A stretch of 64,000 nucleotides of DNA, from NCBI GenBank assembly GCA_038213285.1, contig JBBQTL010000002.1, positions 19,949-83,948 of the forward strand, given 5' to 3'. This document shows positions 11,086 to 20,669 of this stretch, in pieces. A model generated the notes under the pieces. It worked only from the letters and a program-made list of their open reading frames with translations, searched no databases and was not told the origin of the DNA. Positions within the stretch are counted from its first letter, which is position 1; every line of letters starts with the position of its first letter. A program made the translations under genes and the position numbers. This DNA comes from Chitinophagales bacterium. GTDB lineage: Bacteria > Bacteroidota > Bacteroidia > Chitinophagales > Chitinophagaceae.

Positions 11086-11712
11086 ATGCATTCGTTTACT
11101 ATTCAAGAGCAGGTAGGCAATACCGATATTTACCTGATTGATCAGATAATGAAGGGCAGGTATAGAAATGATGATATTGTATTAGATGCAGGCTGTGGCA
11201 TCGGCAGAAACCTTCATTGGTTTTTATTGAATCAAATTCCCTGTTATGGGATAGATTTGGATGAACAGGCAATTCATCAGTTAAAAATGGCCCGGCCTTT
11301 TTTACCGGAGAATCAGTTTCAAATAAGTGCAGTAGAGAATTTACCTTTTACAAATCGATTTTTTAACCATGTGATCAGTAGTGCCGTTTTGCATTTTGCC
11401 AAGGGTCATAGTCAATTTAAAAAGATGGTCAGTGAAATGATAAGGGTATTAAAACCCGGCGGCACACTATTTATTCGCATGACTTCCAGTATTGGGATGG
11501 AAGACGCGATTGAATTCATTGGGGATGGCGTGTTTGCGATTCCTGACGGTTCTGTTCGTTTCCTTTTAACCAGGGCCTTGGCTACAGAAATCATCAGGGA
11601 CTACGGGTTGATTTTATTAGAGCCTGTAAAGACGGTGAACGTAGATGATATCCGTTGTATGACTACGCTGGTATTGCAAAAAGGAGTCAGCAATGAAGTA
11701 CCAGTGAAATAA
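11086..11712 (+). CDS. Class I SAM-dependent methyltransferase
   Basis: VLDAGCGIG motif I; RVLKPGG. Confidence 0.9.
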   Translation: MHSFTIQEQVGNTDIYLIDQIMKGRYRNDDIVLDAGCGIGRNLHWFLLNQIPCYGIDLDEQAIHQLKMARPFLPENQFQISAVENLPFTNRFFNHVISSAVLHFAKGHSQFKKMVSEMIRVLKPGGTLFIRMTSSIGMEDAIEFIGDGVFAIPDGSVRFLLTRALATEIIRDYGLILLEPVKTVNVDDIRCMTTLVLQKGVSNEVPVK

Positions 11713-11764
11713 TGCGGAACTATGCTTTTGGAATACATTTTTATCCATTTACTCAATCATTATA

Positions 11765-12193
11765 ATGAACAAAATAAAACCTGATATAGATATCATATTG
11801 GATGTATTAAAAGAATCCCAGGCATGGTACCCCAACTCTAAATTTGTAGAAAGTTTATTGTACCAATACCAGGAAAGAGGTAACCTGAGTAAAAAGCAAT
11901 TAGAAGGATTGTATAGCAAGGCCTCAAATGTAAAAACGATTGCACCAGGAAAATTAGCCACCCTGGAAGCCATCATTTTAAAAAAACCAACCCGGTACAA
12001 GTCACCTTTACCGGTGGTTGCTCCCTTACCTGCAAAAGACGACCTGTTCGAAAAAATGATGAATGATATTTTGGAAAAATATCCCCAACATAAAAGGGTG
12101 CTATTTATAAAACTGAAATTTGAAAACAATGAAGCCATTTCTCCGCAGGAAAAATCAGAAATAGAAAGGTTTCATAAATTGCTGATTAAATGA
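11765..12193 (+). CDS. Hypothetical protein
   Basis: 142-aa ORF in operon orientation; no motif recognised. Confidence 0.7.
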   Translation: MNKIKPDIDIILDVLKESQAWYPNSKFVESLLYQYQERGNLSKKQLEGLYSKASNVKTIAPGKLATLEAIILKKPTRYKSPLPVVAPLPAKDDLFEKMMNDILEKYPQHKRVLFIKLKFENNEAISPQEKSEIERFHKLLIK

Positions 12194-12273
12194 GGCCGGG
12201 TATTTTTTGATGTGTAATCCGGCTGATATATTTTTTACCCTTTAAAAGATAAGCTACACAAATTTTTGGTACG

Positions 12274-13557
12274 ATGATAAGAAAAAACAGCATCACTCAA
12301 CGTTCACAATGGCTCGCAATTGGGCTGTTATTTTTTTTATTATCCCAATCTGCCAGGGCGCAAATAGCTGGATGCCGGGATCCGTTGGCTAACAATTACA
12401 ACCCGTTGGCAACAGTAAGTGACGGTGGATGTACTTATGCAGTTACACCTTATACCCCGGCATTAAAGGTAGATCCGATCAGTGATACGCTCATGGAAAG
12501 TAGTGGATTGCAAATGGCAGGTAATTATCTCTGGAGTTTTAACGATGGCCGCGGCTCAGCTGCCATCTACAGGATAGATACCGTTACCAATACAATGCTC
12601 CAACGGGTGTACCTGGCTGGTGCGGTAAACGTTGACTGGGAAGATATTGCTTTTGACGGTACTTCATTTTATATAGGCGATTTTGGAAATAATGCAAATG
12701 GAGCAAGAACAAATTTGAAAATTTACAAATTTCCTTTAAGCGCTGTACCTGATTATAATACCAATCCAGTAGTTATTCTTCCTGCCGGGCAAATAGCTGT
12801 TATCAACTTTTCCTACAGCGATCAGCCGAAGCCAATTTTGCCAACAATGCCTAATAAAACAAAATTTGATTGCGAAGCGATGGTCGTGGATGGTGGAAAA
12901 ATTCACCTGTTTACAAAAAACTGGATTGATTTGAATACAACCCACTACCAGATTGATGGGCTTACTGCCGGGACTTATTTAGCCACCCCGTTGGAAACAT
13001 TGGCTACCAATTACCTGATAACAGCCGCCGACAAAGCAATTGGGCAGAAAACGGTGGTATTGCTGGGATACAAAAATTCAGGATCAGCACCACACTATAT
13101 GCATTTACTGACAGACTATAGTGGCGGAAAATATTTTAACGGCAATAAAAGACAAATTGATTTGCCGGATGTTACTGTAATGGGCCAGGCTGAAGGAATT
13201 TGTTTTGGAACCGATACTTATGGGTATATAAGTAATGAAAAATTTTCCCATACGGTTGTACCCGGCTTTGATATAAATGTAAGTCCGAAATTAAGAAGCT
13301 TTGATATCAGCGGCTATATTTCTAATTTAACACCCGTCTATATTTTTACAGGAAATGGAAACTGGGATGATAGCATCAACTGGTATAACAACCTTATACC
13401 ACCTACTAAAATTAATCCGGGTAGCGAGATAGTGATAAACCCGACACCAAATGGTCAGTGTATTTTGAATATTGCTTACACCCTTTCCCCCGGCGCAAAA
13501 CTAAGTGTAAATGCGGCAAAGAATTTTTTAATACTGGGTAACCTTACAATAGAATAA
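12274..13557 (+). CDS. Secreted beta-propeller-like protein
   Basis: Signal peptide; GCRDPLANNYNP Cys motif; ESSGL, DWEDI, GDFGNN and DCEA blade-like motifs; C-terminal FTGNGNW domain. Confidence 0.7.
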   Translation: MIRKNSITQRSQWLAIGLLFFLLSQSARAQIAGCRDPLANNYNPLATVSDGGCTYAVTPYTPALKVDPISDTLMESSGLQMAGNYLWSFNDGRGSAAIYRIDTVTNTMLQRVYLAGAVNVDWEDIAFDGTSFYIGDFGNNANGARTNLKIYKFPLSAVPDYNTNPVVILPAGQIAVINFSYSDQPKPILPTMPNKTKFDCEAMVVDGGKIHLFTKNWIDLNTTHYQIDGLTAGTYLATPLETLATNYLITAADKAIGQKTVVLLGYKNSGSAPHYMHLLTDYSGGKYFNGNKRQIDLPDVTVMGQAEGICFGTDTYGYISNEKFSHTVVPGFDINVSPKLRSFDISGYISNLTPVYIFTGNGNWDDSINWYNNLIPPTKINPGSEIVINPTPNGQCILNIAYTLSPGAKLSVNAAKNFLILGNLTIE

Positions 13558-13712
13558 CGGGCCATAACATATATGAGTATCGATTAGCATGTCAATGAAT
13601 ATCATAAAGCAATTATTCCAAATAATATATCAGGAAGGCCTAATTGATAATATGGGGAATATACAATTTTCAAGGACGAAAAAACTAATTCTTATTGTGT
13701 AAGCATGAGAAT

Positions 13713-13751
13713 AAAAAAAGCCACCTGGAAATTTTCAAGGTGGCTTTTTTT
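13713..13751. terminator. Bidirectional intrinsic terminator
   Basis: AAAAAAAGCCACCT...AGGTGGCTTTTTTT between convergent genes. Confidence 0.8.
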
Positions 13752-13793
13752 AACTGTAAACTGTATATAACTAGAAGGTACGGATTAAATAGA

Positions 13794-14774
13794 CTAGCTA
13801 AATAAACCGCCTTTTTTCAATGAACGTGTTCCTTCACCAATCTTAAATCCGTTTTGATATATTTGAATAATATAATTTCCCTGTTGAAAATTAGCGCCTG
13901 GCTTAAAAGCAAATTCAACATTCTTTCTTTTAGCGGTTTCTACATCTACCGGTACTTTTGCAGTGTATAATTTATCGCCTTCATCACGTGTGGTAAATGT
14001 ACCTGAACCGGTAGCTTCGCCGGATAATGGTTTACCATCTGGCCCAATAACGAGAACATATACATCAGTCATACCTGGCTGTGCAATACGGTTATCAACA
14101 ACAAAACTAACAACCAGTTTGTCTACACGTTTTGCCACGCTTGATATCTTTTCTTTACCATTATTTTTAACATTAATTGGAGTAATCTGGATATTTGATG
14201 CATTTAGGGTTGAGGCAACATCAACTTTCTTTTCAAGATCTTCCTTTACAACGGTAGTAGCAGTAAGGTCGGTAGTTAATTTTTCTTTTTCCTGTGTTAA
14301 TACCACTTTATCGTTTGATAAAACCTGGTTTTCCTGTGTTAAACGGGCCACTTCTACTTGCATACTTTCAATCTGTCCGTTTAAAGAATCAATCAGCGTT
14401 TTTGCCCTTGATAATTCTGCAGCTGTTGCATTTTTCTTATTTAAAATACTGCGTATTTCAGCTTTTACTTTAGCGATCTCGCCATTTTTTTCCGTTAATT
14501 TACCTTCCAAGCCCTTATTTGAACTGGTCATAGAATCAAGGCGGGCAAGTGACGCATCAAAGCTTTTCTGTACAATGCTTTTCTCCTCAGATACAGAAGC
14601 AATCTGGGTTTCCTGCTGGTGAATTACCTCAACTGTTTTATTTTTATCAACAATTAAGTAACCGCCCAAACCAATAATACCGGCTGCTAAAACGCCTATT
14701 ACGACATTTTTATAATTACCCTTGCCTGGCGATTGAATTGGTTCTGTTTTTGGAAAATTATCTGTAGTATTCAT
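13794..14774 (-). CDS. Membrane-anchored coiled-coil hypothetical protein
   Basis: Single N-terminal TM, long heptad region, beta-rich C-terminal domain. Confidence 0.75.
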   Translation of the reverse strand: MNTTDNFPKTEPIQSPGKGNYKNVVIGVLAAGIIGLGGYLIVDKNKTVEVIHQQETQIASVSEEKSIVQKSFDASLARLDSMTSSNKGLEGKLTEKNGEIAKVKAEIRSILNKKNATAAELSRAKTLIDSLNGQIESMQVEVARLTQENQVLSNDKVVLTQEKEKLTTDLTATTVVKEDLEKKVDVASTLNASNIQITPINVKNNGKEKISSVAKRVDKLVVSFVVDNRIAQPGMTDVYVLVIGPDGKPLSGEATGSGTFTTRDEGDKLYTAKVPVDVETAKRKNVEFAFKPGANFQQGNYIIQIYQNGFKIGEGTRSLKKGGLFS

Positions 14775-14836
14775 GATATTAAGTTTTAAATGATTTTTTA
14801 TTGATATAGATTTTTTTGGCGCCTGAGGCTAGATTT

Positions 14837-14851
14837 CCCAAAACCGTGCCA
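14837..14851 (-). promoter_or_regulatory. Possible sigma-54 (-24/-12) promoter
   Basis: Minus strand TGGCACGGTTTTGGG about 60 bp upstream of the 14774 start; -24 half is perfect, -12 half imperfect. Confidence 0.35.
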
Positions 14852-15034
14852 CAATAAATTATGGTGAATAAAGTATCGCCTTCACCAGTAGTAAAAAACA
14901 ACCGGTTGATTTATTGAAAAACCAATTATAACAGATGGCATTACTTTTTTGTTGAAAATTTTTACGATCTGGAAATCGGAAACTCAATTTTATTAAGTCT
15001 ATTTTTTTTAGGAATAAATGAACACGGGCGATTG

Positions 15035-15961
15035 TTAAAACCAGTTCTTTAATAATCCCCATTGAATGAGGGGTAAAATAAAAGCCAGAAAATAGAGACT
15101 GATGAATAAAAGCTTTTGGGGCATGGTTAAATCCTGGTGATAGGCTGGCATTAAAATCTTTTCTATATAACTTATTAATTCTTCTTCTCTGTTAGATGGC
15201 ACACCTGGCGTAAATCTTTTACTCAACAGACTGCTTTGCGTTACCAACACATCTCTTATTTGTGCGTACTGATCATCAGTTAAATCTTCATAGCTACAAT
15301 TGTATGGAAAGTTATTTTTATCCAACTCTTTACGAACATGGTAAGTAAGTTGAATAGATCTGATACGAATAAAAATCAACCATACGATAATTACCAAAAA
15401 CCATGATTGAAAGGCGAATAAGGAATAAAGGACTATCAGTAATGAAATGTACAAAAAAATGGTTTGTATAATTTGATTGCCACTAAAAAAAAGGGTTTCA
15501 ATAATCTGACCACCATCCAGTGGGTTTACAGGTAGTAAATTAAACAAGTTTAAAAATAGAAAAGCAAGTGCAGCCAGGTAGAAATAGTTGTTGAAATTTT
15601 GTTGGTATAAAAACAACAACATCATTCCGATCAGGATCCCGGGAACAGGGCCGGCCAGCAACATGATGATTTTTTTATACTTTGAGTAATGAGTAGCTTT
15701 TCCTGAAACATAAGCGCCTAAAAAAGGAACGAATGTCATTTTGATTCCTTTGTAGCCAAAAATTTTCATTGCAATGAAATGTCCGGACTCATGAATAAAT
15801 ATTACACTCACCAACAGGCATACTGCACTCCAGCTTTTAAAAATCCAGTAGTCGACAGCAATAAAAAGTGCAAGGCTTAAGCTGGTGCGGAAAATAGAAG
15901 CGGCAGTGCTTACATGAACTGGCTTATGTTCAGTTAACAGGTCTTCATTTTCTGCAATCAT
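15035..15961 (-). CDS. Site-2 protease family (M50) membrane metalloprotease
   Basis: HESGH (HExxH), AGP and NLLPVNPLDGG motifs. Confidence 0.9.
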   Translation of the reverse strand: MIAENEDLLTEHKPVHVSTAASIFRTSLSLALFIAVDYWIFKSWSAVCLLVSVIFIHESGHFIAMKIFGYKGIKMTFVPFLGAYVSGKATHYSKYKKIIMLLAGPVPGILIGMMLLFLYQQNFNNYFYLAALAFLFLNLFNLLPVNPLDGGQIIETLFFSGNQIIQTIFLYISLLIVLYSLFAFQSWFLVIIVWLIFIRIRSIQLTYHVRKELDKNNFPYNCSYEDLTDDQYAQIRDVLVTQSSLLSKRFTPGVPSNREEELISYIEKILMPAYHQDLTMPQKLLFISLYFLAFILPLIQWGLLKNWF

Positions 15962-16232
15962 GTATTGATGAGGTTGATTCCTACAAATATATCACAACTA
16001 ACGGCTACACCTTCCTTAAAAACTATATTCTGATTGGTTGCTTAAAAAATAACACCCCGCCATCAGCCTGTGATTTCTCAGGTTGCGAACGGCCGTATAC
16101 AATTGGCCACCCATCTAATGATTTAATTTGAAATGGGCCGGCAATATGTATGGAAGCCGGTAAAATTCGATACCCGTATATTCGATCTCGTAATTGTACG
16201 TGCCACTAACCCACTTTATATTCATTCGTTGA

Positions 16233-16325
16233 ATAGAATTCTTACTACACAAACAGTATTTACTCTGTTACATAAATAGAGTGATAACGCTATTGTTTTA
16301 CAACCAATACCGGTGCATCTTTGTA
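16233..16325 (+). promoter_or_regulatory. Operator and promoter of repeat-array ncRNA 1
   Basis: ACTCT-N11-AGAGT inverted repeat (16262-16282), TTG (16293-16295), 20-nt spacer and CATCTTTG (16316-16323, a variant of Bacteroidota TAnnTTTG); same layout at 23030-23122. Confidence 0.65.
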
Positions 16326-16395
16326 TCAGAAAATGAATGAAAAGATATCGTCAGTCAGATTCTAAAAAATATCCAAATCCTACAGAAGACAAATA

Positions 16396-16655
16396 CCAAT
16401 ATCCAGAGTCTATGCCGTTAAAAGCGATGATGACTCAAAAACCAAGATTGATCCAAAACCTTAAGAAAACCAACTAAAACCAATATCCGGGGCTATGCTG
16501 AAAAAGCGATGATGACCCAAAAACCAGCATCGATCCTAAACCTACAGAAGACTAAGAAAACCAGTATCCGGGGACTATGCCATTAAAAGCGATGATGACC
16601 CCAAAAACCGAACAGCCAATATCCTAAGCCTATGCTGTAAAAAGCGATGATGGCA
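16396..16655 (+). repeat. Tandem array of 4 hairpin units (periods 83, 82, 55 nt)
   Basis: CTATGC-N7/8-GCGATGATG cores start at 16410, 16493, 16575 and 16630, each preceded by CCA(A/G)TATCC. Confidence 0.9.
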
Positions 16656-16776
16656 AAAGACCAAAAACACTGAAACCGGGAACAAATTATTCAAATGATT
16701 TTTTCTGGGAGAGGCACTGCCTCAGCACATTAGTTGATCCTGTTAAACCACTTAACGGTGGGGTAACAAAATGCAT

Positions 16777-16824
16777 ACTTCCACAGGCTATGAAAAACCA
16801 GTAGCTGTGGAAGTTTTTTATTTT
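16777..16824 (+). terminator. Intrinsic terminator of ncRNA copy 1
   Basis: ACTTCCACAG...CTGTGGAAGT stem followed by a T-run. Confidence 0.8.
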
Positions 16825-17067
16825 ACGACAGCCTTAAAACTGAAAATGATGCACGCCCATCGAATTAATAGATAAGTATCTACATCTTATTTGTATTGTT
16901 TTCTACAATTTAATTGTCTGGAAATTATAACCTTTACAATATCAAATATTCCGTAAAATTCAAACGATCCCTTTGCTGATGAAAGGTCTTAATTTTTAAT
17001 AAATTGTGAGCAATTACTTAAAATCAACTTTTATCCGGAAAGATATATTTTATAAAAGTTGTTATAT

Positions 17068-17092
17068 CCTCCTAAACGGGAGGTTTTTTATT
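17068..17092 (+). terminator. Intrinsic terminator-like hairpin upstream of the sensor kinase
   Basis: CCTCC-TAAACG-GGAGG followed by TTTTTT. Confidence 0.6.
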
Positions 17093-17248
17093 GCACCAGA
17101 TATTAAGAAAAGCGATACTCTTTATAATGCAGATGCAAAAGTTATGAAAGGTCAGTAATTCAACATTTGCCTTTCACGGGTTCAACCTTCATTTTACAAT
17201 TAATACAACGGTAAAAGTAACCATCTCAATTATGAAACATCAACCTTT

Positions 17249-20200
17249 ATGAAATGGCTGCACCTGGCAATTTTGGCTTTTATAAACCTTATTTGCATTC
17301 CGGCTTATCCGCAGATAAGTAATCCTGAATTTAGCCGCTTAACTACTACTGAAGGGCTCTCTCAAAATACAGTCTTTTCTATTTTAAAAGATTATAAAGG
17401 CTTTATGTGGTTTGCCACTGACGAGGGTTTAAATAAATACGATGGCTATAAATTTGAAGTGTATAAACACAATCCGGAAAATCCGGCGAGTATTGACAAT
17501 AATGCAGTTTACAGCATTACGGAGGATGCAGCACATAATTTATGGGTATTAACGAGTGGTGGTTTTGATAAATTTGACAGAGTAAAAGAATCTTTTAGCC
17601 ATTATGGTATGGCAGATAATGGCATCATATTCAAAAATATTTTCCAGGATAGTAAAAAACGACTTTGGCTGGGTTCTGGCGGCGGCGGGTTTTGCTTATT
17701 TAATTCAGCAAATGGTGAATTCAAATACTATAAAAATAACAACAAGGATTTTAATAGTCTGAGTAATAATTATGTATATAAAATAACCGAAGACAATAAT
17801 GGTGAGTTATGGATTGGTACAAGAAACGGGCTCAACCGGTTTAACCCGGAAACCGAAAAATTTACACGTTACAATCACGATTCAGCAAATAGCAGTAGTA
17901 TCGCATCAGGATACATTAAAACGGTTTTTAAAGATAGTAAAGGAAATATTTGGGCAGGAACACAGGGTAGCGGTATTGCCTTATATAACCGCCGCGAAAA
18001 CTCTTTTATCAATTTTAAACATAACCCGCTTAATAAAAACAGCATTTGCCACAATGATATTTTATCTTTTACGGAGGATAATAACGGCCACTTATGGATC
18101 GGTACAGAAAATGGTGGAGTAAGCATATTAGATCTCTCAACAAATAATTTTACTAACTACCAGTATAACGAAAACGACCAGCATAGTATCTCCGGCAATT
18201 CCATCCACAGTTTATATAAAGATGATATCGGTAACATCTGGGTTGGCACCTGGTCGGGAGGTGTAAATTTCCTTCCGCTTTTTGGCAATAAATTTACGCA
18301 TTACAAAAAAATTCCTAGTAAAAATAATAGCCTGAGTAATGACATCGTGCTTTCCATCAGCAGCGATGCGGATAATAATATCTGGATTGGTACCGATGGT
18401 GGTGGTTTAAATCTTTTTAACCCGGCCACGCATAATTTTATAAATTATCGCAACAATCCCGCTAACAGCAAATCCATTTTCAACGATTATATACTGTCGG
18501 TAACGGATTATTTACCGGGGGTTTTAGCGCTCGGATTTCATCGGGGTGGTATTGATTTGTTTGATGTTAAAAAAAAGCAGTCCACCCACTACGAACCTGG
18601 ACAAATATACATCAACCGGCTTACTTCCTCCAGCGTAAATATGATTTATAAAGACAGGCAGAATAACCTTTGGGTAGGCACGCATGATAATGGTGGTTTA
18701 TATTTATTTGATAACCTTTCTAAAAAGTTTACCCATTATTTTTCAAACAGTAAGGACGGCAAAAGCGTGGGCAATAATAGCATCTTTAGCATTTATGAAA
18801 CCAGGGCGGGCCAATTGTGGATAGGAGGCGACCAGGGGATATATCATTTTATTACCAGTACCAGGGAGTTTATTCATTTCCAATCCGATCCAAAAATTAA
18901 ACAAAGCATCAGTAATAATAATGTGTATTCCATCATGGAAGATAAATCCGGTAATTTATGGTTGGGTACTGCATACGGATTAAATTTCTTTGATGTTAAA
19001 TCAAACACTTTTACCAGCTACACAGAAAAGGATGGCCTGCCGAATAATATCATCTGGAGTACTCAACAGGATCACCAGGGCAATTTGTGGATAAGCACCA
19101 ATAAGGGGCTGTCGAGATTTAATCCAACGACCAAAGTATTTAGAAATTATACCATTGTTGACGGTCTTCAAAGTAATACATTCAAGGCTAAAGCCTCTTA
19201 CCAGGCGCCCGACGGCGAGATGTTCTTTGGTGGGGTAAACGGATTTAATACTTTTTACCCGGATAGTATCAAAGACAATACGTATGTACCACCTGTTTAT
19301 ATTACAGATTTCCAGGTCTTTAATAAGCCTGTAGGCATAGGCGGAAGTTCTCCTTTGCAGCAATCAGTTAACCATGTAAAAGAAATAACGCTTTCCTATA
19401 AGCAATCTGTTTTTACAATAGAATTTGCATCACTCAACTTTACACACCCGGAGCAAAACCAATACGCATACAAGCTGGATGGTTTTGATGATGAATGGAT
19501 CTATTGCGGCAAAAAACGCTCTGCTACCTATACCAATCTTGATCCCGGAACTTATGTGTTTAAAGTAAAAGGGAGCAATAACGATGGAGTTTGGAATGAT
19601 ACAGGAACATCGGTAAAAATCGTTATAACACCTCCATTCTGGCTGACCTGGTGGTTTATGTTATTCGTATTTCTGATGATTGCAGGAAGCATGATTGGTT
19701 TTTATCTATTTCGCATGAATGTCATTAAAAAGCAAAAGCTGCTACTGGAGCAAAAGGTAAAAGCGCAAACCATTCAACTGGTGCTTCTAAATAAAGAAGA
19801 AAGAAAGTCACGACTGGAATCGGAGGAGGCCCGGGCCGAATCGGAAACGGCGAGACAGGAAGCTGATCTCGCAAATGAAAAATTACAATTGAATAATAAG
19901 GAATTGGAACAGTTTGTTTACGTGGCATCGCATGATTTGCAAGAGCCGCTTAGAACCATTAATGGTTTCGCAGAGCTTCTGATGCAAAAGTATAATGGAA
20001 AAATTGATGAAAAGGCAGATAAGTACCTCCACTTTATATCAGACGCCACTCTAAGGATGAAGGTTCTTATTAAAGACCTGTTGGATTTGTCGAAGATTGG
20101 TACAAAAGGAGAATCGCAAACGGTGGATTGCAATATCATTCTACAGAATGCGATAGCAGATCTTACCGCAGCGATACAGGATGCCGCCGTTGATATCCGG

Positions 20201-20611
20201 TTTGCTGAATTGCCGTTAATAAATGGATATCCAACCGAAATTAAACTGCTTTTTCAAAACCTGTTGATTAACGCAATAAAGTTCCGGAAGCAACACACTC
20301 CACCGCAAATAGATATTACGGTACAGGAGACTGCCGGTTACTGGCAGTTTGCTGTCAGTGATAATGGCATTGGCATCGACCAGAAAAACAGCGAAAGGAT
20401 ATTTGATATTTTTCAACGGCTTCATAGCAAAAAGGAATACGAAGGCTCTGGAATCGGATTGGCGCATTGTAAAAAAATAGTGGAATTACACAAGGGTAAG
20501 ATATGGGTTGAATCTGTGCCTGGCCAAGGAGCTACGTTCTATTTTAAACTACCCATAAAAACGAATCTTTTGTTATCCCAGCAAATAGTTAAATTGGAAC
20601 AGCCTGTTTAG
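17249..20611 (+). CDS. Sensor histidine kinase with periplasmic beta-propeller (Reg_prop repeats) and Y_Y_Y domain
   Basis: Signal peptide; many D..GNLWIGT..GL repeats; YAYKLDG/ATYTNLDPGTY; TM at PPFWLTWWF; SHDLQEPLR H-box; NLLINAIKF, DNGIG and GSGIGLA boxes; no receiver domain. Confidence 0.95.
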   Translation: MKWLHLAILAFINLICIPAYPQISNPEFSRLTTTEGLSQNTVFSILKDYKGFMWFATDEGLNKYDGYKFEVYKHNPENPASIDNNAVYSITEDAAHNLWVLTSGGFDKFDRVKESFSHYGMADNGIIFKNIFQDSKKRLWLGSGGGGFCLFNSANGEFKYYKNNNKDFNSLSNNYVYKITEDNNGELWIGTRNGLNRFNPETEKFTRYNHDSANSSSIASGYIKTVFKDSKGNIWAGTQGSGIALYNRRENSFINFKHNPLNKNSICHNDILSFTEDNNGHLWIGTENGGVSILDLSTNNFTNYQYNENDQHSISGNSIHSLYKDDIGNIWVGTWSGGVNFLPLFGNKFTHYKKIPSKNNSLSNDIVLSISSDADNNIWIGTDGGGLNLFNPATHNFINYRNNPANSKSIFNDYILSVTDYLPGVLALGFHRGGIDLFDVKKKQSTHYEPGQIYINRLTSSSVNMIYKDRQNNLWVGTHDNGGLYLFDNLSKKFTHYFSNSKDGKSVGNNSIFSIYETRAGQLWIGGDQGIYHFITSTREFIHFQSDPKIKQSISNNNVYSIMEDKSGNLWLGTAYGLNFFDVKSNTFTSYTEKDGLPNNIIWSTQQDHQGNLWISTNKGLSRFNPTTKVFRNYTIVDGLQSNTFKAKASYQAPDGEMFFGGVNGFNTFYPDSIKDNTYVPPVYITDFQVFNKPVGIGGSSPLQQSVNHVKEITLSYKQSVFTIEFASLNFTHPEQNQYAYKLDGFDDEWIYCGKKRSATYTNLDPGTYVFKVKGSNNDGVWNDTGTSVKIVITPPFWLTWWFMLFVFLMIAGSMIGFYLFRMNVIKKQKLLLEQKVKAQTIQLVLLNKEERKSRLESEEARAESETARQEADLANEKLQLNNKELEQFVYVASHDLQEPLRTINGFAELLMQKYNGKIDEKADKYLHFISDATLRMKVLIKDLLDLSKIGTKGESQTVDCNIILQNAIADLTAAIQDAAVDIRFAELPLINGYPTEIKLLFQNLLINAIKFRKQHTPPQIDITVQETAGYWQFAVSDNGIGIDQKNSERIFDIFQRLHSKKEYEGSGIGLAHCKKIVELHKGKIWVESVPGQGATFYFKLPIKTNLLLSQQIVKLEQPV

Positions 20612-20669
20612 TAAAATAATAAACGGTGAAAAACTGTCGGCTGTATAAGTCAAACGGCTTTCCAGTATA

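Larger units (their letters stand above)
16326..16824 (+). ncRNA. Putative repeat-array ncRNA, copy 1 (about 500 nt)
   Basis: No long ORF; promoter, 4 hairpin units, conserved 3' hairpins and terminator; paralogous to 23123-23791. Confidence 0.65.

Noticed and set aside
16326-17249. Type III toxin-antitoxin array
   Set aside because: The promoter-repeats-terminator layout fits, but no ToxN/CptN/TenpN-sized toxin ORF follows either terminator and the units are longer than typical.
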